The notes under the pieces were generated by a model. The model was given only the letters and a program-made list of their open reading frames with translations. It was not told the origin of the DNA and did no database searches. A stretch of 64,000 bases of DNA from the NCBI GenBank assembly GCA_027008775.1, contig JALVDV010000001.1, positions 73,934-137,933 of the forward strand, given 5' to 3'. This stretch comes from Candidatus Moraniibacteriota bacterium. GTDB taxonomy: Bacteria; Patescibacteriota; Minisyncoccia; Moranbacterales; DUUL01. Shown here piece by piece: positions 59,271 through 64,000 of the stretch (its first letter is position 1; every line of letters starts with the position of its first letter). The position numbers were made by a program, and so were the translations under genes.

Positions 59271-60080
59271 CTAAACCAACTCCCCTTTCAAAAATTTTTT
59301 CCTCTTTCTCTCATCCATTCTTTCAATGGCGTAACGGAGAGTGGTGCGGGGAATTTTATTGTAATTTTTAATCAAAAATTGTTCCACTTGTTTTTGCGCT
59401 TTTTTACCTTCATCTTTCTTGTTTATAAACCCACCCCGTTGGTTTCCTTTAGATACACGAGCAGATTTCCTGCCACCTTCTCCCAATTTCCAACACTCCC
59501 TCAACATCCACCCCACCGCCTTGTGTATTAAATCCTCTTTATCCGCTAATAATTTCCTTGCTAAACGCAAAGTTAAATCTATTTTTCCATTTTTAATAAA
59601 AGCCCAAGAAGCGATAACGGCAATCCGCCTATCCCACATTGACGAGGAATTAACTAATTCTGTTAAAATACTTCTCGGCTTTAGCCTATCAAAAACCGCT
59701 CGTCCCAAAATATAGTGCGCCGACAAATCAACCAAATCCCAATTATTTACCCACCCTTTATTTCGCAAATAGAGATTAACGATTTTTTTCTGTTTCAGAC
59801 GATTTCCACTTTTAATCACCTTCTCATTTTCCTCAACCAAAACCAGCAACGCCAACAATCGCTCTTCATGTACTTCTGACCGCAAAAGCTTTAGCAAATC
59901 TTTATCTATCAATCCAACAAACCGCTTGGCTATCTTCCGGAGATCCGGTACTCTTACTCCAATAAATTTATCCTTCTTCTCGCCCTCTTCCGTGATAACT
60001 CTAAAGAAACGCTGATAGTTTTTCTTTTGTTTCTGGGAAATATATTTAACTAATTCTTCCCTGATTTTTTTAACCGCCAT
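59271..60080 (-). CDS. DNA alkylation repair enzyme (AlkD-like HEAT-repeat glycosylase family)
   Basis: AlkD/PF08713-like features: VRVPDLRKIAK...LLALLVL...SSSMWDRRIAVIASWAFIKNGK...HKAVGWMLRE. Confidence 0.7.
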   Translation of the reverse strand: MAVKKIREELVKYISQKQKKNYQRFFRVITEEGEKKDKFIGVRVPDLRKIAKRFVGLIDKDLLKLLRSEVHEERLLALLVLVEENEKVIKSGNRLKQKKIVNLYLRNKGWVNNWDLVDLSAHYILGRAVFDRLKPRSILTELVNSSSMWDRRIAVIASWAFIKNGKIDLTLRLARKLLADKEDLIHKAVGWMLRECWKLGEGGRKSARVSKGNQRGGFINKKDEGKKAQKQVEQFLIKNYNKIPRTTLRYAIERMDERKRKKFLKGELV

Positions 60081-60100
60081 TAAGCAAACAACCGCTTAAA

Positions 60101-61426
60101 CTATTTTTTTTGTTTCCCATTTTTCTTAGCCTTTTTACGCTCCTCACCCTTCTTACCTCTCTTCTTGCCTTTACTCCTCCTGTCATCACCCCCTCTGCCA
60201 GTCATCCTATTTTTCGCCATCCATCCTAGTAGGCCGGCAATCACTAAGAGTAAAATGATTATCAACCATTGATAAATGTTTAGTGGATTGCCGCTCTTGC
60301 TTCCGCTATTGTCTGTTTCGGAAGCGTTTACTGAGGAAGTGGTTTGATTGGCTACTTCATTAGTAGAGGTAGCCGGAGTTACATTGGTTTCCGTTTCAGA
60401 ATGATCAACAACTGTTTCTTCCTCAACCGCCCCTCTTTCAGCGGTTAAACCTTTCTCGCCGGCAACAATTTCAAATTTATTTCTATCTGTTTTATAAACT
60501 TCCTCCCCATTCCAGTAGCCTTTCAAATACCACTGGTATTTCCCCGGGGACAACCGCCTGTCACTTGTATAACTCGTGCCATTCAAATCAACTTCCGCAT
60601 CAAAAACTCTATCCCCATTCTCCTTTTTTAATACCAAAACCAATTTACTTAAATCATAGGAGTGATTTCTCTCACTCCAAACAAAAGTCGGCGTTTGGTC
60701 GGTGATTTTTTCACCATCTCCCGGGAAAATCAAATGCAAAACCTCCGTACGCTCAGTCACCCCATCATCGGAATCATCTGTATGACCCATCTCGTCTCCG
60801 CCCCCTTCTCCGATATTATCTCTATACTCCACTGTTAAATAAGAAGGACTACCCCGTCTGCCAATAGCCATCAACCAACCGGTATTGTATCGAAATACTG
60901 ACATTCCTTTATCCGGATCCAAACTACCATCTAACCAACCACGCACCAGAGGAGTAATGTCAACTGTTTTCCAATCTCCGGTACTTAAATCAACATCCGC
61001 CAGAACAGAATGGGCAGTGTCAAAAAGAGATGCCGGCTGCCGGGCCCATGTTACTTCAGTCGCATTCCAGGAGTGAGCAGCCGGACGAATTCTTAATCGT
61101 GCCTCATTGTTTCCCAAGTGAGATATAACTCTAAAATGCCATTCCGCTTTAACCAATTCTTGTCCCGAATGATGCGGAATATTTTCAAACTTTATATAAG
61201 CACCTGCTAAAGTCCGCCGAGAAGTACTTGGATTGGTGTAATCCGCCACCAATAAATATGGTCGCGAATTCAGGTTTGTATGCTGGTAGGCGAAGTCAAT
61301 ATAAATGTCTTCTTTTTTCGGCACCGTATACCGACTGGCGAAACTTGCCCTGGGAAACAGTGTCAACAGAAACACTCCGCCCAAAACAACCACCAACCAG
61401 CGACCTTTTTTGTTTTCTTTTCGCAT
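60101..61426 (-). CDS. Surface protein with DNRLRE-like domain and C-terminal TM anchor plus Lys/Arg-rich tail
   Basis: Signal peptide; NPSTSRRTLAGAYIKFE...WNATEVTWARQP (DNRLRE-like); S/T-rich linker; TM helix IIILLLVIAGLLGW; K/R-rich C-terminus. Confidence 0.45.
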   Translation of the reverse strand: MRKENKKGRWLVVVLGGVFLLTLFPRASFASRYTVPKKEDIYIDFAYQHTNLNSRPYLLVADYTNPSTSRRTLAGAYIKFENIPHHSGQELVKAEWHFRVISHLGNNEARLRIRPAAHSWNATEVTWARQPASLFDTAHSVLADVDLSTGDWKTVDITPLVRGWLDGSLDPDKGMSVFRYNTGWLMAIGRRGSPSYLTVEYRDNIGEGGGDEMGHTDDSDDGVTERTEVLHLIFPGDGEKITDQTPTFVWSERNHSYDLSKLVLVLKKENGDRVFDAEVDLNGTSYTSDRRLSPGKYQWYLKGYWNGEEVYKTDRNKFEIVAGEKGLTAERGAVEEETVVDHSETETNVTPATSTNEVANQTTSSVNASETDNSGSKSGNPLNIYQWLIIILLLVIAGLLGWMAKNRMTGRGGDDRRSKGKKRGKKGEERKKAKKNGKQKK

Positions 61427-61520
61427 ATTTTCCTATTAATTTTTAAAATTATGCTCTACTTATTTCGAAATTACTAATGAGATTTTCATATTATTCCCTC
61501 ACAAATGCATTCCGCTGTTC

Positions 61521-61826
61521 TCAGTTTCCAAATTTTTCAATCGTCTCTTTTGCCTTTTCTACCAGCTCTTTTAAACTTACCCCATTTATTGCTATAGTAT
61601 TTTCTCTTTTCCAACTGGGCAAACCAATATTAAAAACAAAAAGATATTCCCCTTTCTTAATTTTCTCCATAGGGCCAACATATTTTATATTAACCGGATT
61701 ATTATATTTCTGCCTTAAAATCTCCTTGGCCCGCCTGGCAATTTTTTTACACTCCCCCTCTTTCTCTACTAAATATCTCTCAGTATTCCCGTCTTTCCCC
61801 AAATCAATTTTCTCCAAATTTCCCAC
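61521..61826 (-). CDS. Hypothetical protein (101 aa)
   Basis: ORF only. Confidence 0.35.
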   Translation of the reverse strand: MGNLEKIDLGKDGNTERYLVEKEGECKKIARRAKEILRQKYNNPVNIKYVGPMEKIKKGEYLFVFNIGLPSWKRENTIAINGVSLKELVEKAKETIEKFGN

Positions 61827-61923
61827 GTCTTTTTGTTTTTTCTGTTAATTTTTAAATTCAAATTATTTTCTTTCAAAAGCTGTCCTCATTCCTGACATTT
61901 CTAACGAAACCAAAATCAGCCAG

Positions 61924-62310
61924 TCAACCCAGCAACGCCTCCCGCCCTTTGACCACTTGCCAAAAAAGCGCTAACAACAAAACAATCATCGGCACAACAT
62001 AACGCATCAAAATTTTACTGTGACGATAAGAAATATTCACCCCCAACATTCTCAAGTAGGGATACAAAAAAACTGCTTCCTTGTCATTGGGAAAATGCCA
62101 TTTATTTATCAAGCAACCATTCAAAGCAAAAAATTGTAATTCCAACAAAACAACCCCCAGTAAAATCGACTTCCAAAACAGCAACAAAGGCGAAAGAAGA
62201 AAAAGAACCTCCAAAAGCAAATGTAACCAAAAGAAAGGGCCGAATAAAACTGCTCTACTATAACGTCGGTAATTAAACTCTTGATTATTTTTTCGCGAGC
62301 AACTGTTCAT
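61924..62310 (-). CDS. Hypothetical small membrane protein
   Basis: Three or four hydrophobic helices; overlaps the ppa stop by 26 bp. Confidence 0.35.
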   Translation of the reverse strand: MNSCSRKNNQEFNYRRYSRAVLFGPFFWLHLLLEVLFLLSPLLLFWKSILLGVVLLELQFFALNGCLINKWHFPNDKEAVFLYPYLRMLGVNISYRHSKILMRYVVPMIVLLLALFWQVVKGREALLG

Positions 62311-62812
62311 ACTTTTTTATCGCTTTTTTAATTTTCTTCTTGGCTTTTTGAGCAGAAGCAAATCCCCCTATTTCCAGTTTAGTTTCCTCTCCGTCTTTAT
62401 ATCTTTTGGTCCACTCGGCAATCTCCGAAAATATTTCCTGTTTTCTATCGTCAAGCCTTCTCCGCCAAAAATCATCACTGGCAATAACTGCTATTATCTT
62501 ATCATCTTCTTGGCTTTCATCAAGCATTTTCATCAGACCAACAACTTCAACTCTCACCACTTTTCCTCGCGACAGCTTGTCCTGCGTCAACACAATAACA
62601 TCTAAGGGATCGCCATCTGCAGTAATGGTCCGAGGAACAAAACCATAATCAAAAATAAACATTTGCTCGCCAGACAGCTTCTTTTCCAAAACAAAATCAG
62701 CCTTCTGTAAATCATATTCGTACTTATCCCGCGAATTTTTCAAAATTTCTATCACCGCATTAAATGTACCATCGCTATTCTCCGCCTTTACTGTCTGCCA
62801 AAGATTTCTCAT
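62285..62812 (-). CDS. ppa: Inorganic pyrophosphatase (family I)
   Basis: Family I PPase signature: KYEYD...DGDPLDVIVL...VIASDD. Confidence 0.9.
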   Translation of the reverse strand: MRNLWQTVKAENSDGTFNAVIEILKNSRDKYEYDLQKADFVLEKKLSGEQMFIFDYGFVPRTITADGDPLDVIVLTQDKLSRGKVVRVEVVGLMKMLDESQEDDKIIAVIASDDFWRRRLDDRKQEIFSEIAEWTKRYKDGEETKLEIGGFASAQKAKKKIKKAIKKYEQLLAKK

Positions 62813-62819
62813 CGCTTTA

Positions 62820-63596
62820 TTATCTCTTTAAAAAAACCATCAAAGGAAAGATAACCACTGCCCGCCAAACTCGGCGCCAGCGATAACGAGGCTCCAAAAA
62901 CAATCGCCACAACCACTCTAATCCAATTTCACGCATCCACCACGGCGCTCGCCTGATTTTTCCAGTCAAAAAATCAAAACTGCCACCCACGCCCATCGCC
63001 AGTTTTACACCAGTATCTTGTAAATTGTGTAACAATATTTCTTGTTGTGGCGCGCCGAGCGCACAAAACAAAACATCCGATTTATGATTTAAGATATAAG
63101 ACTTGAGAGAACGCGGAACTACATTGTTTCCTGAATCATAAATCATAAATCTTAAATCTTTTTTATTTTTTTCTATGGCAACATTCATTCCTTTAATTTC
63201 TAAATCAGGATATTTTTTTTTCATCACTTCCGCAATCTCTTGCCAGGTAGTCAGTCCTCTTTTATTTGCAATTAAAAAAACTCTCTGTTTCTTTTTGTTG
63301 GCAACCTTCAAAACCTCCTGCATTAAATCCACCCCCGGCCAACGACAACGTAAACTTTTTCCCTGCCACCAAGTGACCAGTTTTACTCCGAAGCCGTCGG
63401 CAATATTCAGAACTCTTTTAGCATTTAAAATTTTTCTGAATTCAACATTTTTTTGCCCCTCCAAGATAATCTCCGGATTAACCGTCACAATTTGATAGAA
63501 TTTTTTATTCTTATTACTCAAAACAAAATCTACTTTTTGTAAAATTTCTTCTCGTGACAAATTATCAATTTTGACACTCAAGCATTTAAAATTCAT
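62820..63596 (-). CDS. WecB/TagA/CpsF-family glycosyltransferase (GT26)
   Basis: GVGGSFDFLTGKIRRAPWWMREIGLEWLWRLFLEPRYRWRR is the TagA/WecG C-terminal signature. Confidence 0.85.
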   Translation of the reverse strand: MNFKCLSVKIDNLSREEILQKVDFVLSNKNKKFYQIVTVNPEIILEGQKNVEFRKILNAKRVLNIADGFGVKLVTWWQGKSLRCRWPGVDLMQEVLKVANKKKQRVFLIANKRGLTTWQEIAEVMKKKYPDLEIKGMNVAIEKNKKDLRFMIYDSGNNVVPRSLKSYILNHKSDVLFCALGAPQQEILLHNLQDTGVKLAMGVGGSFDFLTGKIRRAPWWMREIGLEWLWRLFLEPRYRWRRVWRAVVIFPLMVFLKR

Positions 63597-63685
63597 TTCC
63601 GTCCCAATTATGATTCATTAGACCTGGGATACAATATTTTAAATTTCCAGTCCAAGGCTGGTCAGCCAGCGGAAAAATTTAAAAT

Positions 63686-64000
63686 TTAAAATTTTCCATT
63701 TTTTATCTCGTTCAAAAACTCCTTTATTTTTTCAACACTCTCGTCATCCAAGATACTGAGAGTTCGGATATTCTTGTTATATCTTTTCAACTTCTTCTTT
63801 ATTTTCTCCAAATCCTCCTGACTCACCTCATCAATCCGACTCAATATTATCCATTCCGGTTTTTGTAACAACTTTTCGTTGTATTTACCCAGCTCCCGTC
63901 GTACAATCAAATAATCATTAACCGGATCCAGACTATCCGCCGCTATAAAATGAAATAACATCTTCGTCCTTTCAATATGTTGCAAAAATTTATGTCCCAA
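63686..64000 (-). CDS. GTPase Obg/CgtA-like, C-terminal portion (5' end beyond window)
   Basis: MLFHFIAADSLDPVNDYLIVRRELGKYNEKLLQKPEWIILSRID matches the Obg G4 region (NKIDL-like) and downstream. The ORF runs off the window end; the first codon in the window is TTG, not a true start. Confidence 0.5.
   Translation of the reverse strand: MGHKFLQHIERTKMLFHFIAADSLDPVNDYLIVRRELGKYNEKLLQKPEWIILSRIDEVSQEDLEKIKKKLKRYNKNIRTLSILDDESVEKIKEFLNEIKNGKF

Noticed and set aside
60101-61426. Treating the DNRLRE-domain surface protein as part of the foreign GC-rich module
   Set aside because: Its GC looks moderately elevated, but there are no flanking repeats or mobility genes. The evidence is insufficient to call it horizontally acquired.

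Overview
This 64 kb window looks like a low-GC, gene-dense bacterial chromosome segment. The gene content resembles a CPR/Patescibacteria-type genome: RtcB, many glycosyltransferases, FemAB, an archaeal-like UMP kinase, and small genes with short intergenic regions.

Housekeeping genes are interleaved with cell-envelope and glycan loci. The housekeeping genes that can be named are rtcB (3'-truncated at the window start), galU, glyA, folD, ruvA, a murE-like ligase, rpmA, gltX, maf, ppa, a tagA/wecG-like GT26, a partial Obg GTPase, and tRNA-Val.

The envelope and glycan loci are:
- 1.5-10.6 kb: GT4, a GT-C-like membrane protein, GT4, a GT2 DPM-synthase-like gene, and a nucleotide-sugar dehydrogenase.
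- 22.1-26.6 kb: an RND efflux pair.
- 33.5-43.7 kb: a plus-strand operon with two processive QxxRW GT2 synthases, two paralogous GT-C membrane proteins, a secreted GH-like protein, a CE4 deacetylase, and a LamG/DUF1080-like protein.

Three regions stand out:
- 18.6-22.0 kb is a largely non-coding stretch of about 1.5 kb. It carries two tandem near-consensus sigma70 promoter modules and an 18-bp-stem terminator hairpin. It is followed by a visibly GC-richer 431-aa ORFan flanked by CGCAGA-type direct repeats and by a solo GC-rich hairpin identical to the ends of an IS200-like element found elsewhere in the window.
- 50.0-59.3 kb is a tRNA-Val-adjacent accessory island. It holds an IS200-like tnpA flanked by direct-repeat GC hairpins, a DDE (rve) transposase, an APH-like kinase, a VOC protein, a nucleoside deoxyribosyltransferase, a TrpR/YerC-like regulator, AlkD, MazG-like and GrpB genes, and a frameshifted DUF218 gene. 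It also contains four 100%-identical copies of a 36-bp hairpin repeat and an iteron-like degenerate tandem array.
- A 28-bp palindrome (13-2-13) is present in four exact copies across the window.

No rRNA genes and no CRISPR array were seen. All calls rest on reading the sequence and translations by eye and comparing motifs from memory; no database searches were run.
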